Positions 1-8,490 of a stretch of 64,000 nucleotides of DNA are shown one piece after another. The stretch lies in contig JAEUMJ010000045.1 in NCBI GenBank assembly GCA_016792865.1, forward strand, positions 3,960 to 67,959. Reading direction: 5' to 3'. Every line of letters starts with the position of its first letter. Position 1 is the stretch's first letter. Made by a program: the position numbers and the translations under genes. The stretch comes from Hyphomicrobiales bacterium (GTDB lineage: Bacteria; Pseudomonadota; Alphaproteobacteria; Rhizobiales; Aestuariivirgaceae). Below the pieces are notes generated by a model. It did no database searches and had not been told where the DNA came from. It was given only the letters and a program-made list of their open reading frames with translations.

Positions 1-1
1 C

Positions 2-172
2 GTCAGCTTCACCACGCTGGGCTTCGGCGACATCGTGCTCGATCCCGAATGGCGTATCCTCAGCGCCATCGAGGGCGCCAACGGGCTGATCCTCTTCGGC
101 TGGTCCACCGCATTCCTGATTTCACTGATGCGCAAGTTGCGTGCGCTTGAGCACGACTGGCTGGAACGGTGA
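2..172 (+). CDS. Ion (K+) channel family protein, C-terminal fragment entering from upstream of the window
   Basis: The frame is open from the window edge and reads VSFTTLGFGDIVLDPEWRILSAIEGANGLILFGWSTAFLISLMRKLRALEHDWLER*. TTLGFGD fits the TxGxGD K+ channel selectivity-filter signature and is followed by a hydrophobic helix. Stop TGA at 170-172. Confidence 0.6.
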   Translation, partial: VSFTTLGFGDIVLDPEWRILSAIEGANGLILFGWSTAFLISLMRKLRALEHDWLER

Positions 173-194
173 GCCGCACTTGCGCCCCCGGCGC

Positions 195-491
195 TCAGCC
201 GATCCGCACCGTATCATGCTCCATGAAGGCCGCGACTTCGGGCAACCAGCGGGTCTGCACGAAGTGCACATGATCCGGATGGCCGTTGTAGGCGTCGTAT
301 GCCGCCTGGTCGGCAAAGACCATCGAAACGGCATAGTCGAAATCATTCTTGGGGCTGGTCTCGCGGCCGATCTCGAAACTGCCCACGCCGGGAATTTGAC
401 GGAGCCGGTCCAGCGCCGCGAGAAAGCTCTTTTCCTCCGCCGAGCCGTGCGGGTGCTTGAGCCTGAAGATGGCAGCATGGCGTATCGTCAT
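195..491 (-). CDS. Dabb (stress-responsive alpha/beta barrel) domain protein
   Basis: Track ORF 195..524. I place the start at the internal ATG (491), giving MTIRHAAIFRLKHP..., which parallels the upstream paralogue. About 98 aa with the typical Dabb C-terminal motif (AYDAYNGHPDHVHF). Lies 4 nt after the upstream gene's stop. Confidence 0.75.
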   Translation of the reverse strand: MTIRHAAIFRLKHPHGSAEEKSFLAALDRLRQIPGVGSFEIGRETSPKNDFDYAVSMVFADQAAYDAYNGHPDHVHFVQTRWLPEVAAFMEHDTVRIG

Positions 492-495
492 TGCG

Positions 496-798
496 CTACA
501 TCTCCCAATCCAGAACGGTGACACCCTCGAGTCCGCCCACGGCGGCGGCGACGATCATCGCGCCGACCTTCTGATGTTCGGGATGGGGCAGATAGGCATC
601 ACGCGCCGCCGCATCGCGGAAGTCCACCGTGAAGCCATGGGTATGGCCCCGCTGCAGGCCCTCCGGGCTGACATCGGCCCCGGCCGAGATGGCGAGAATG
701 CCGGGAATGGATTGTTGCAAGGCCTTGAGCGCCGCGAAGACCGCGGGCACATCGGTTTCGCGGCTGAAGCGCACAAGCACGGTGTGGCGTATTGTCAA
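496..798 (-). CDS. Dabb (stress-responsive alpha/beta barrel) domain protein, tandem paralogue
   Basis: 100-aa ORF MTIRHTVLVRFSRE...ARDAYLPHPEHQKV. The start codon is TTG at 798, preceded by AGGGG 8 nt upstream. Confidence 0.75.
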   Translation of the reverse strand: MTIRHTVLVRFSRETDVPAVFAALKALQQSIPGILAISAGADVSPEGLQRGHTHGFTVDFRDAAARDAYLPHPEHQKVGAMIVAAAVGGLEGVTVLDWEM

Positions 799-930
799 GA
801 CAGACCCCTGGGAATGATCTCACGCATTGAACCCGGGAGCAGACGCGCACCTGGACTCATCGGCAGCAATTCTCCTGCGCCGCAGGGGCAAGTCAAACCC
901 GGTTTCGGTGCCCCCTGCAAGCCGCAGCCC

Positions 931-2379
931 TCAGGGCGTCACCTCGATCCGTTGCACACCCTTGGGTTGGGTGATGCCTTTCCACACGGAGAAGGCCTGA
1001 TGGACCGGCGCATTGGGCTTGCGCGGCACGAAATCACCGTCACCCGCCTTGGCCCGCATCTCGCCCTGTTCAAAGGCCACCTTGCCGCGCGAGATCACCG
1101 TGCGGGCCACCCCCGTGCACTGGAAGCCTTCAAAGACATTGTATTCGATGCGGCTGAACTGCTTCTTCGCCGTGATCGTATGCGTGGCCTTCGGATCCCA
1201 GATCACCACGTCGGCATCGGCACCGGCACGCACCGCGCCCTTGCGCGGATACATGTTCAGGATCTTGGCGATGTTGGTGGAGGTGGCCGCCACGAATTCC
1301 TCCTTGGTGAGGCGGCCGGTGTTGACGCCCGCCGTCCACAAGACCCGCATGCGGTCTTCAAGCCCGCCCGTGCCATTCGGGATCTGGGTGAAGTTCTTCG
1401 CGCCCATGCGCTTCTGCGCCCGCGTGAAGGTGGCATGATCGGTGGCAACGACCGAGAGCGTGCCCGACTGCAATCCCGCCCAGAGCGAATCCTGGTGCTT
1501 CTTGTTGCGGAAGGGCGGGCTCATCACGCGGCCTGCGGCATGGTCCCAGTCCTTGTTCTGGTATTCGGAATCATCCAGCACCAGGTATTGCACCAGAGGC
1601 TCGCCATAGACCCGCTGTCCCGCCTGCTTGGCGCGGCGGATGGCATCATGGGTCTGCTCGCAGGAGACATGCACGATGTAGAGCGGCACGCCCGCCATGT
1701 CGGCGATCATGATGGCGCGGTTGGCGGCCTCACCCTCCACTTCCGGCGGGCGCGAATAGCTGTGTCCCTCAGGCCCCGTCACGCCGCGCGCCAGGAGATC
1801 GGCCTGCATGCGGGCAACCACGTCGCCATTCTCGGCGTGCACCAGGGGCAATGCGCCAAGCTGGGCGCACCGCTTGAAGGAATTGTACATCTCGTCGTCG
1901 TTCACCATCAGCGCGCCCTTGTAGGCCATGAAGTGCTTGAAGGTGTTGATGCCGTAGGTCTTCACCACGGTTTCCATTTCGTCGTGGACCATGGGCGACC
2001 ATTGCGTGATCGCCATGTGGAAGGAATAGTCAGCCGCCGCCTTCTCGCTCTTGTGGCGCCAGGCCTGATAGGCCTTGAGCAGGCTCTCGCCCGGCGCGGG
2101 CAGGCAGAAATCCACCGTCATGGTGGTGCCGCCCGCGAGGCCCGCCATGGTTCCGCTTTCGAAATCGTCCGCCGTCGAGGTGCCCATGAAGGGCATGTCC
2201 ATGTGGGTGTGCGGATCGATGCCGCCCGGAAGGATGTAGCAGCCACCCGCGTCGATCACCGTGTCGCCCGAAAGCCCCTCGCCCACCGCAACGATCTTGC
2301 CATCCTTGATCAGGACATCGGCTCGTTCCGAGCAATCGGCATTCACAACGGTTCCGCCGCGGATGAGGGTGGTGGCCAT
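931..2379 (-). CDS. hydA: Dihydropyrimidinase / D-hydantoinase
   Basis: Track ORF 931..2466. Start set at ATG 2379 (MATTLIRGGTVVNAD...), with GGAGG 8 nt upstream. 482 aa with cyclic amidohydrolase metal-ligand motifs (GGIDPHTHMDMPF, carboxylated-Lys context FKHFMAYKG, VHAENG, ATDH). Confidence 0.9.
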   Translation of the reverse strand: MATTLIRGGTVVNADCSERADVLIKDGKIVAVGEGLSGDTVIDAGGCYILPGGIDPHTHMDMPFMGTSTADDFESGTMAGLAGGTTMTVDFCLPAPGESLLKAYQAWRHKSEKAAADYSFHMAITQWSPMVHDEMETVVKTYGINTFKHFMAYKGALMVNDDEMYNSFKRCAQLGALPLVHAENGDVVARMQADLLARGVTGPEGHSYSRPPEVEGEAANRAIMIADMAGVPLYIVHVSCEQTHDAIRRAKQAGQRVYGEPLVQYLVLDDSEYQNKDWDHAAGRVMSPPFRNKKHQDSLWAGLQSGTLSVVATDHATFTRAQKRMGAKNFTQIPNGTGGLEDRMRVLWTAGVNTGRLTKEEFVAATSTNIAKILNMYPRKGAVRAGADADVVIWDPKATHTITAKKQFSRIEYNVFEGFQCTGVARTVISRGKVAFEQGEMRAKAGDGDFVPRKPNAPVHQAFSVWKGITQPKGVQRIEVTP

Positions 2380-2399
2380 GAGCTGTCCTCCGGAATTTT

Positions 2400-2415
2400 T
2401 TGACCAATTGGATAA
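2400..2415. promoter_or_regulatory. RutR-type operator candidate upstream of hydA
   Basis: TTGACCAATTGGATAA matches the E. coli RutR consensus TTGACCAnnTGGTCAA at 12 of 14 specified positions. It lies 21 nt upstream of the hydA ATG. Confidence 0.55.
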
Positions 2416-2474
2416 AGCAGAGATTGGACCGGAATTTCCTGCGCGTCCAGAGGCGGCGTGAGGCACAAACAGGA

Positions 2475-2498
2475 ACGGCGCCCCCTGGGGAGCGCCGT
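2475..2498 (-). terminator. Probable intrinsic terminator after the ABC substrate-binding gene
   Basis: Perfect 7-bp stem ACGGCGC/GCGCCGT around a 10-nt loop. On the minus strand it is followed by UCCUGUUUGUG. It sits 29 nt after the stop at 2527. Confidence 0.45.
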
Positions 2499-2526
2499 CG
2501 GTTCGTGGTCACGCCTGATGGGCGGC

Positions 2527-3522
2527 TTACATGCCCTTGGCCTTGTCCATGACAACCGTGGACCAGGCGCCTTCCGGCTTCTTGGTGATCACCGGAGCCT
2601 CGCCGCCTGCGGAGAGGAGCGTTTCCACCGTGCGGTCGGCGGCGGCGGTGTCGAGGCTGCCGTCAGAGCCTTCGGTGAGCTTCGAGATTTCGCTCATCAT
2701 GCGCTTCTGGTGGTCGATGGCGGCAGCGCCGGTCGCATCCGAATCCACCACGATCTGGGCGGCTTCGTCGTTGTTGGCGCGGGCATAGTCCCACCCCTTC
2801 ATCGAGGCCTTGACGAACTTCGCCATGGTGTCAACGAAGGCCGGATCCTTCAGCTTGTCTTCCATCACGTAGAGGCCGTCCTCGAGGGTGGCGACACCCT
2901 GGTCCTCATACTTGAAGGTGACGAGCTGATCAGCGGCGATGCCCGCATCGATCACCTGCCAGTATTCGTTGTAGGTCATGGTGGAGATGCAGTCGGCCTG
3001 CTTCTGGATCAGCGGATCGACGTTGAAGCCCTGCTTGATCACCTTCACGCCGCCGGCGGAACCATCGGTCTTGTAACCGAGCTTCGCCATCCAGGCCATG
3101 AAGGGATATTCGTTGCCGAAGAACCAGACACCCAGCGTCTTGTCCTTGAAATCAGTCGGCGCCTTGATGCCGGTTTCGGCGCGGCAGGTCAGCATCATGC
3201 CAGAACGCTTGAACGGCTGGGCAATGTTGACGACGGGCTGGCCCTTCTCGCGCGTGGCGAGAGCCGACGGCATCCAGTCAACCACGACATCCGCGCCGCC
3301 ACCTGCAAGCACCTGCTGCGGGTTCACGTCGGGGCCGCCCGGCTTGATCGTCACGTCGAGGCCCGCTTCCTTGTAGAAGCCCTTGGCCTGCGCCACGAAG
3401 TAACCGGCAAACTGCGCCTGCGTCACCCACTTGAGCTGGATCGTCACGGCTTCGGCATGGGCCGCGAGCGAGGCCGTCATCATGCCAACCGCGGCAACAG
3501 CACCGAGCAGATATTTCTTCAT
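2527..3522 (-). CDS. ABC transporter substrate-binding protein (NMT1/THI5-like, NitT/TauT family), probably for pyrimidine or a related nitrogen compound
   Basis: 331 aa. Signal peptide MKKYLLGAVAAVGMMTASLAAHA, then the family-typical IQLKWVTQAQFAGYFVAQAKGFYKEAGLDV. Confidence 0.85.
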   Translation of the reverse strand: MKKYLLGAVAAVGMMTASLAAHAEAVTIQLKWVTQAQFAGYFVAQAKGFYKEAGLDVTIKPGGPDVNPQQVLAGGGADVVVDWMPSALATREKGQPVVNIAQPFKRSGMMLTCRAETGIKAPTDFKDKTLGVWFFGNEYPFMAWMAKLGYKTDGSAGGVKVIKQGFNVDPLIQKQADCISTMTYNEYWQVIDAGIAADQLVTFKYEDQGVATLEDGLYVMEDKLKDPAFVDTMAKFVKASMKGWDYARANNDEAAQIVVDSDATGAAAIDHQKRMMSEISKLTEGSDGSLDTAAADRTVETLLSAGGEAPVITKKPEGAWSTVVMDKAKGM

Positions 3523-3574
3523 TTTTGTAACTCCCTGTTTTTCAATTTCATTCTCTACTTCACCAAAGACCGTC

Positions 3575-4339
3575 CTACGTCCGGTAGGATGGATGCCAGA
3601 ATGTCACTGCCCGTTCGGCCAGAACAAGCAGCGCATAGAAGATGGAACCCGTCAGCGCCGCAACGGCAATTTCCGCCCAGACCAGATCGAGGCTCATGCT
3701 GCCAAATCCGGTCTGCATGCGAAAGCCCATGCCAGCGATGCGCGTGCCGAAAAACTCGGCCACGATGGCACCAATCATCGCCAGTGTCGAATTGATCTTG
3801 AGGGCGTTGAAGATGAAGGGCATGGCGGCGGGAAGCCGGAGCGAGGTGAGCGCCTGCGCCCATGAGGCATTGTACGAGCGCATCAGGTCGCGCTCCAGAT
3901 GTGAGGAGGCCTGAAGCCCGGCAATGGCATTCACCAGCATGGGAAAGAAGGTCATGATCACGACGACGGCAATGTTGGGAGCGACGCCGGTGCCGAACCA
4001 CATCACCATGATGGGGGCCACGCCCACAAGCGGCAGCACCGAGAAGAAGTTGCCGAGCGGCAGCAGCCCCCGCCTCAGGAAATCGAAACGGTCGCAGAGC
4101 AAGGCCACCGCAAGCCCCGCCGAACAGCCGATGATCCAGCCGGGAATGACCGCCTGCAACACGGTCTTGAAGAAGTCATAGGCCAGCAGCGGCACCTCGC
4201 CGCCGATCTTCGCGGCGATCACGGAAGGGGCAGGCAACAGCACCTGCGGAATGGGGATGGCGCGGCACGCCACTTCCCACGCCACAATCATGATGACACC
4301 GAGAAGGGCCGGTGCGAGGAGATCACGCAGGCCCTTCAT
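3575..4339 (-). CDS. ABC transporter permease (NitT/TauT family)
   Basis: C-terminal 254 codons of track ORF 3575..5143, starting MKGLRDLLAPALLGVIMIVAWE. Multi-pass hydrophobic protein. ATGA overlap with the upstream permease stop (4336-4339). Confidence 0.85.
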   Translation of the reverse strand: MKGLRDLLAPALLGVIMIVAWEVACRAIPIPQVLLPAPSVIAAKIGGEVPLLAYDFFKTVLQAVIPGWIIGCSAGLAVALLCDRFDFLRRGLLPLGNFFSVLPLVGVAPIMVMWFGTGVAPNIAVVVIMTFFPMLVNAIAGLQASSHLERDLMRSYNASWAQALTSLRLPAAMPFIFNALKINSTLAMIGAIVAEFFGTRIAGMGFRMQTGFGSMSLDLVWAEIAVAALTGSIFYALLVLAERAVTFWHPSYRT

Positions 4340-5205
4340 GTGCGCACTCCCATGCGGGCGAGGGTCTTGCGTTCCACATGGCCCACCAGCCAGACGAGGA
4401 GTGCTGCCATGGCCGAGCCTGCCACCAGCGCCGACCAGATCATCATGGTCAGGCCGTTGTAGGAGCCGACAAGCAGACGCGCCCCGATGCCCGCAATGGC
4501 CCCTGTCGGCAGCTCGCCGACAATGGCCCCGGTGAGGGCAATCGCGATGGCGATCTTGAGCGAGGTGAAAAGATAGGGCACCGACGCAGGCAGGCGCAGC
4601 TTCCACAGGGTCTCGCCGGCCGAGGCATTGTAGGTACGCATCAGGTCGCGGTGGATGACATCCGGCGACATCAGGCCCTTCACCATGCCGATCGCCACCG
4701 GGAAGAAGCAGAGATAGGTGGAGATCAGCGCCTTGGGCAGAAGGCCCGTGAAGCCGATGGCCCCCAGCACCACGATGATCATCGGGGCGATGGCGAGGAT
4801 GGGAATGGTCTGCGAGGCGATGATCCAGGGCATCAGGGCCTTGGAGAGCAGTTTCGAATGGACGATCAGGATGGCAAGGCCAATGCCCAAGAGCGTCCCC
4901 AGCACAAAGCCCAGAAGCGTGGAGGAGAGCGTCACCCAGCAGTGATAGAGCAGCGACTTCACCTTCCAGGGCGCAATCATGAAGACGGTATTCCACAGCT
5001 CCACCACGATCTGGTGGGGAGCGGGAATGACCGGGCGGGTGTGGTTCCAGCTTTCCGTCAGGGTGGCGTAAAGCCCGCCTCCTGCCGCATCGATCCTGGC
5101 TTGCGCCACCACCGCGTTCATCGGAATGCAGGCGAGGTACCACACCACGACGAGCACGAGGCAGACAACGAGAACAGGAAGGGCCTGGCCGCGTTCAGTC
5201 TTCAT
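4336..5205 (-). CDS. ABC transporter permease (NitT/TauT family)
   Basis: 289-aa hydrophobic ORF containing an EAA-like loop (MRTYNASAGETLWKLRLP). It overlaps the ATPase gene stop by 11 nt. Confidence 0.85.
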   Translation of the reverse strand: MKTERGQALPVLVVCLVLVVVWYLACIPMNAVVAQARIDAAGGGLYATLTESWNHTRPVIPAPHQIVVELWNTVFMIAPWKVKSLLYHCWVTLSSTLLGFVLGTLLGIGLAILIVHSKLLSKALMPWIIASQTIPILAIAPMIIVVLGAIGFTGLLPKALISTYLCFFPVAIGMVKGLMSPDVIHRDLMRTYNASAGETLWKLRLPASVPYLFTSLKIAIAIALTGAIVGELPTGAIAGIGARLLVGSYNGLTMMIWSALVAGSAMAALLVWLVGHVERKTLARMGVRT

Positions 5206-5971
5206 AGCTGTGCCCTGCCTTCAGGCCCTCGCGCACCCGGTGCGCCAGCTTGAGGAATTCCGGCGCCTCGCGGAAGTCGAGGGTACGGTCGCGCGGCAGC
5301 CCGGTCTCGATGACGTCGATGATGCGGCCGGGGCGCGGGCTCATCACCACGATCTTGGTGGACAGGAACACTGCTTCTGGAATCGAGTGGGTGACGAAGA
5401 CGACCGTCTTGCGCGTGCGCGCCCAAAGATCGAGGAGCTGCTGGTTCAGCTTGTCGCGCACGATTTCGTCAAGCGCCCCGAAAGGCTCGTCCATCAGCAG
5501 GAGCTTGGGATCGAAGGCAAGGGCGCGCGCAATCGAAACGCGCTGCTGCATGCCGCCCGACAATTGCCAGGGAAACTTCTTCTCGAAGCCCGCGAGATTG
5601 ACCAGTTCGAGATTGCGCTTCACCCGCTCCGCCGCATCTCCGAGTCCCATGATCTCGAGCGGCAGGGCCACGTTCTTCTCCACCGTGCGCCAGGGGAACA
5701 GTCCCGGTGCCTGGAACACATAGCCATAGGCCCGCGCCAGCCGCGCCTGCTGCGGCGTGAGGCCGTTGACGGTGATGGAACCCGACGTAGCCTGTTCGAG
5801 ATCGGCAATCACGCGCAACAGGGTGGTCTTGCCGCAACCGGAAGGACCGATGAAGGAGACGAAGTCGCCATCCTCGACCGTGAGGTTGACCTTGGACAGG
5901 GCATAGACCGGGCTGTCAGCCGTCTGAAAGGTCAAGCTGAGGTCTTTCGCCTCGATTACGGCTGCCGCCAC
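5195..5971 (-). CDS. ABC transporter ATP-binding protein (NitT/TauT family)
   Basis: Walker A GPSGCGKTT, signature LSGGMQQRV, Walker B LLLMDEPF. The track ORF starts at a TTG (6046) that lies inside the RutR box. I prefer GTG 5971, preceded by GGGGAG 6 nt upstream. The start remains uncertain (5971, 5989 or 6046). Confidence 0.85.
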   Translation of the reverse strand: MAAAVIEAKDLSLTFQTADSPVYALSKVNLTVEDGDFVSFIGPSGCGKTTLLRVIADLEQATSGSITVNGLTPQQARLARAYGYVFQAPGLFPWRTVEKNVALPLEIMGLGDAAERVKRNLELVNLAGFEKKFPWQLSGGMQQRVSIARALAFDPKLLLMDEPFGALDEIVRDKLNQQLLDLWARTRKTVVFVTHSIPEAVFLSTKIVVMSPRPGRIIDVIETGLPRDRTLDFREAPEFLKLAHRVREGLKAGHSYED

Positions 5972-6030
5972 GGCATTCTCCCCGAACACGTCCTGGATTT
6001 TTTTCTTGTTGCCGGAAAGGCTAACCGGAC

Positions 6031-6046
6031 TTGACCATTTGATCAA
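6031..6046. promoter_or_regulatory. RutR-type operator in the divergent rutR / ABC-operon intergenic region
   Basis: TTGACCATTTGATCAA matches the RutR consensus TTGACCAnnTGGTCAA at 13 of 14 specified positions. It lies 20 nt upstream of the rutR ATG. Confidence 0.6.
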
Positions 6047-6065
6047 GATTTATCAGGCTGCACGC

Positions 6066-6692
6066 ATGCCCAAGCCACAGGCAAAGCCTGAACGGAAAAC
6101 GCGCATCCAGTCCCAGAATGAGGAGATCATTCTCGATGCGGCGCTGGAGGTGTTTTCGGCCTATGGCTACCGGGGCGGCACCATCGACCAGATCGCCGCC
6201 CGCTGCGGCCTCTCGAAACCCAACCTGCTGTATTATTTCCGCCGCAAGGACGACATCTACAAGGCGGTGCTGGAGCGGACCCTGGCCGACTGGCTGGAAC
6301 CGTTGCGCAGCCTCGACCCCGCTGCCGATCCCGCCACCGAACTGACCCGCTACATTTCAGCCAAGCTCGACCTGACCTTCGGGCGCCCCGCGGCGTCCCG
6401 CCTTTTCGCCAACGAGATCCTGCACGGTGCGCCCCACGTCGCGCGTTTCCTGAAAGGCCCGCTCAAGGAACTGGTGGATGCAAAGGCGCTCGTCATCCGC
6501 CGCTGGGTGGCAGAGGGCAAGCTTCGGCCCGTCGATGCCACGCACTTCATTTTTGCCATCTGGGCCGTGACCCAGCACTATGCCGACTTCGCCGTGCAGG
6601 TGGAGGCCATCATCGGCACGCCCGATCGTGAGCGGGTGCGGCGCGCCGTGCTCGATATCCTGCTGCGGGGAATCATTCCCGGACGCGGTTAA
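6066..6692 (+). CDS. rutR: TetR family transcriptional regulator, RutR-like (pyrimidine utilisation)
   Basis: MPKPQAKPERKTRIQSQNEEIILDAALEVFSAYGYRGGTIDQIAARCGLSKPNLLYYF is a TetR HTH. The C-terminal part resembles RutR. Context: next to dihydropyrimidinase and carrying RutR-type boxes. Confidence 0.8.
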   Translation: MPKPQAKPERKTRIQSQNEEIILDAALEVFSAYGYRGGTIDQIAARCGLSKPNLLYYFRRKDDIYKAVLERTLADWLEPLRSLDPAADPATELTRYISAKLDLTFGRPAASRLFANEILHGAPHVARFLKGPLKELVDAKALVIRRWVAEGKLRPVDATHFIFAIWAVTQHYADFAVQVEAIIGTPDRERVRRAVLDILLRGIIPGRG

Positions 6693-6758
6693 CCCAAATC
6701 CCCGTTTGGACCCCGGCATTAACGCTTCCTTGCCCCGCTGCAACTATGAAGGGCAACG

Positions 6759-7538
6759 ATGGACCTCCCCCCCACATCGCCCAGGCTCCTGCTGATCGGC
6801 AGCGACAATCCGACAACCTGGATTGTCTACAACCGCCTCGTGCGGGAGTTCGGCCTGTTCGAAGCGGTGATCGAGAACACCGTGGACAAGGGCGTGCTGG
6901 TGCGCAATCGCGCCCGCAAGCTGGGGTGGCCCGCCGTTCTCTCCCAGATGGCCTTCGTGGCCCTGATCCGGCCGGTCCTGCGCTACCGGTCGTCCCGCCG
7001 CCTGCGCGAAATCTGCCGCGTCAACGATCTCGAAACCCAGGAGCCGCTCACCCCCGCCATCCGTCGCGTCGAAAACATCAACGGCCCGGATGCAGTGGCA
7101 TACATCTCGGCGGCAAGGCCGGATGTCGTGGTGGTGAACGGAACACGCATCCTGAAGCGACAGGTGCTGGAATCGACCTCCGCCACCTTCATCAACACCC
7201 ATCAGGGCATTACCCCCCGCTACCGTGGTGCCCATGGCGGCTACTGGGCGCTCCAGCAGGGAGACCCCGACCACTGCGGCGTCACGCTTCATCTGGTCGA
7301 TCAGGGGATCGACACCGGCAACATCATCGCCCAGGCGCTGATCTCGCCCATGGCGATGGACTGCTACATCACCTATCCCTACCTGCAGATCGCAGCGGCG
7401 CTGCCCTTCCTCGTGCGCGCCATTCGCGATTGCGTGGCTGGAACGCTCAAGACCGCGGAAGCCACAGGCGAGTCTGCCGTCTGGTATCACCCCGGCTTCT
7501 TCCAGTACATTCGCGCCCGCCTGCGCGGCGTCAGGTGA
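6759..7538 (+). CDS. Formyltransferase-domain protein (Fmt/PurN N-terminal fold), stand-alone
   Basis: 259 aa. Contains INTHQGITPRYRGAHG and GVTLHLVDQGIDTGNII, which resemble the formyl-transferase catalytic core. GAAGGG lies upstream of the ATG. Confidence 0.65.
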   Translation: MDLPPTSPRLLLIGSDNPTTWIVYNRLVREFGLFEAVIENTVDKGVLVRNRARKLGWPAVLSQMAFVALIRPVLRYRSSRRLREICRVNDLETQEPLTPAIRRVENINGPDAVAYISAARPDVVVVNGTRILKRQVLESTSATFINTHQGITPRYRGAHGGYWALQQGDPDHCGVTLHLVDQGIDTGNIIAQALISPMAMDCYITYPYLQIAAALPFLVRAIRDCVAGTLKTAEATGESAVWYHPGFFQYIRARLRGVR

Positions 7539-8349
7539 TCGTGATGCTCGCCGGATCCCAGTCCTTCGGCTGCGGATACTGCGGATTCATCTCTTCCAGC
7601 GTTTCGCGCACGATCCTCGAAATGATGGCATTCCTCACCCAGTTGCGGTCTGCCGGCACCACATGCCAGGGCGCATGCGGGGTGGAGCAGCGGTTGAGCG
7701 CGATGTCATAGGCTTCCGCATAGCTGTCCCACAGGGCGCGGTCTTCGAGATCGCCGGGATTGAACTTCCAGCGCTTGCTTTCATCATCGACACGCTCCTG
7801 CAGGCGCTGCTTCTGCTCGTCCTTTGATATGTGCAGCATGAACTTGAGGATGCGCGTGCCGTTGTCGCTCAGGAGTTTCTCAAAACCATTGATCTCGTCA
7901 TAGCGCCGCTCGATGGCCTCCGGGGAGGCGTAGCCCTTCACCTTCACCACAAGCACGTCTTCATAATGCGAGCGGTTGAAGATGCCGATCATGCCGCGCG
8001 GCGGCGCCACCTGATGGACCCGCCACAGGTAGTCCTGCGCCAGTTCCGGCGGTGTCGGCGCCTTGAACGGGCTGACCCGCACGCCGATGGGGCCGCAGGT
8101 GTTGAACACGGCCCTCACGGTGCCGTCCTTGCCGGAGCAGTCAATCCCCTGCAGCACGACAAGCAATGACCGCTTGCCTTCCGCAAAGAGCCTGTCCTGA
8201 AGCGCATCGATCGCCTCCGCATCCCTGGCCGTTGCCGTCTTTGTCTCGTCCTTGTCACCGAAGGGGTCGGTGGCGCGGGGGTCCACGGCGGCAAGCCTGA
8301 AGGGTTTCCCCGGGGTCACCCGGAAGCGTTCGGCGAAGGTTTTTGCCAT
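7531..8349 (-). CDS. ppk2: Polyphosphate kinase 2 family protein (single-domain PPK2)
   Basis: Last 272 codons of track ORF 7531..9126, starting MAKTFAERF. Walker-A-like GIDCSGKDG, FNRSHYEDV, and lid region KFMLHISKDEQKQRL. Confidence 0.85.
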   Translation of the reverse strand: MAKTFAERFRVTPGKPFRLAAVDPRATDPFGDKDETKTATARDAEAIDALQDRLFAEGKRSLLVVLQGIDCSGKDGTVRAVFNTCGPIGVRVSPFKAPTPPELAQDYLWRVHQVAPPRGMIGIFNRSHYEDVLVVKVKGYASPEAIERRYDEINGFEKLLSDNGTRILKFMLHISKDEQKQRLQERVDDESKRWKFNPGDLEDRALWDSYAEAYDIALNRCSTPHAPWHVVPADRNWVRNAIISRIVRETLEEMNPQYPQPKDWDPASITIT

Positions 8350-8358
8350 GGTGTGGAA

Positions 8359-8374
8359 CTCTCTCTCTCTCTCT
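8359..8374. repeat. (CT)8 / (AG)8 dinucleotide microsatellite
   Basis: ctctctctctctctct read directly from the sequence. On the minus strand it is a purine run ending 9 nt before the ppk2 ATG. Confidence 0.9.
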
Positions 8375-8490
8375 TGCAGGCCGGGCCGGTTGCCCGCCCT
8401 TGATTGAAAGCACCCTTTCCGGCAAGCCTCAAGAGAGAGCAAATCACGTTCAAGGACACGCCTGTGACCCATCCCTCGAACCTGCCGCAG

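Noticed and set aside
457-2403. 648-aa plus-strand ORF covering the Dabb and hydA region. Similar long ORFs occur at 2458..3795, 12996..14540, 15018..16445, 19430..20557, 24594..26306, 36939..38195 and 38634..40262.
   Set aside because: These are antisense to genes with clear family motifs. Their products are Arg/Gly/Ala/His-rich and low in complexity, as expected for shadow ORFs in GC-rich DNA. No recognisable domains.
3575-5143. 522-aa ORF spanning both NitT/TauT permease genes. The same applies to 26281..27918, which spans both CUT1 permeases.
   Set aside because: The N-terminal halves are out-of-frame read-through over the upstream permease. Internal ATGs with ATGA or TGATG coupling give permeases of normal size.
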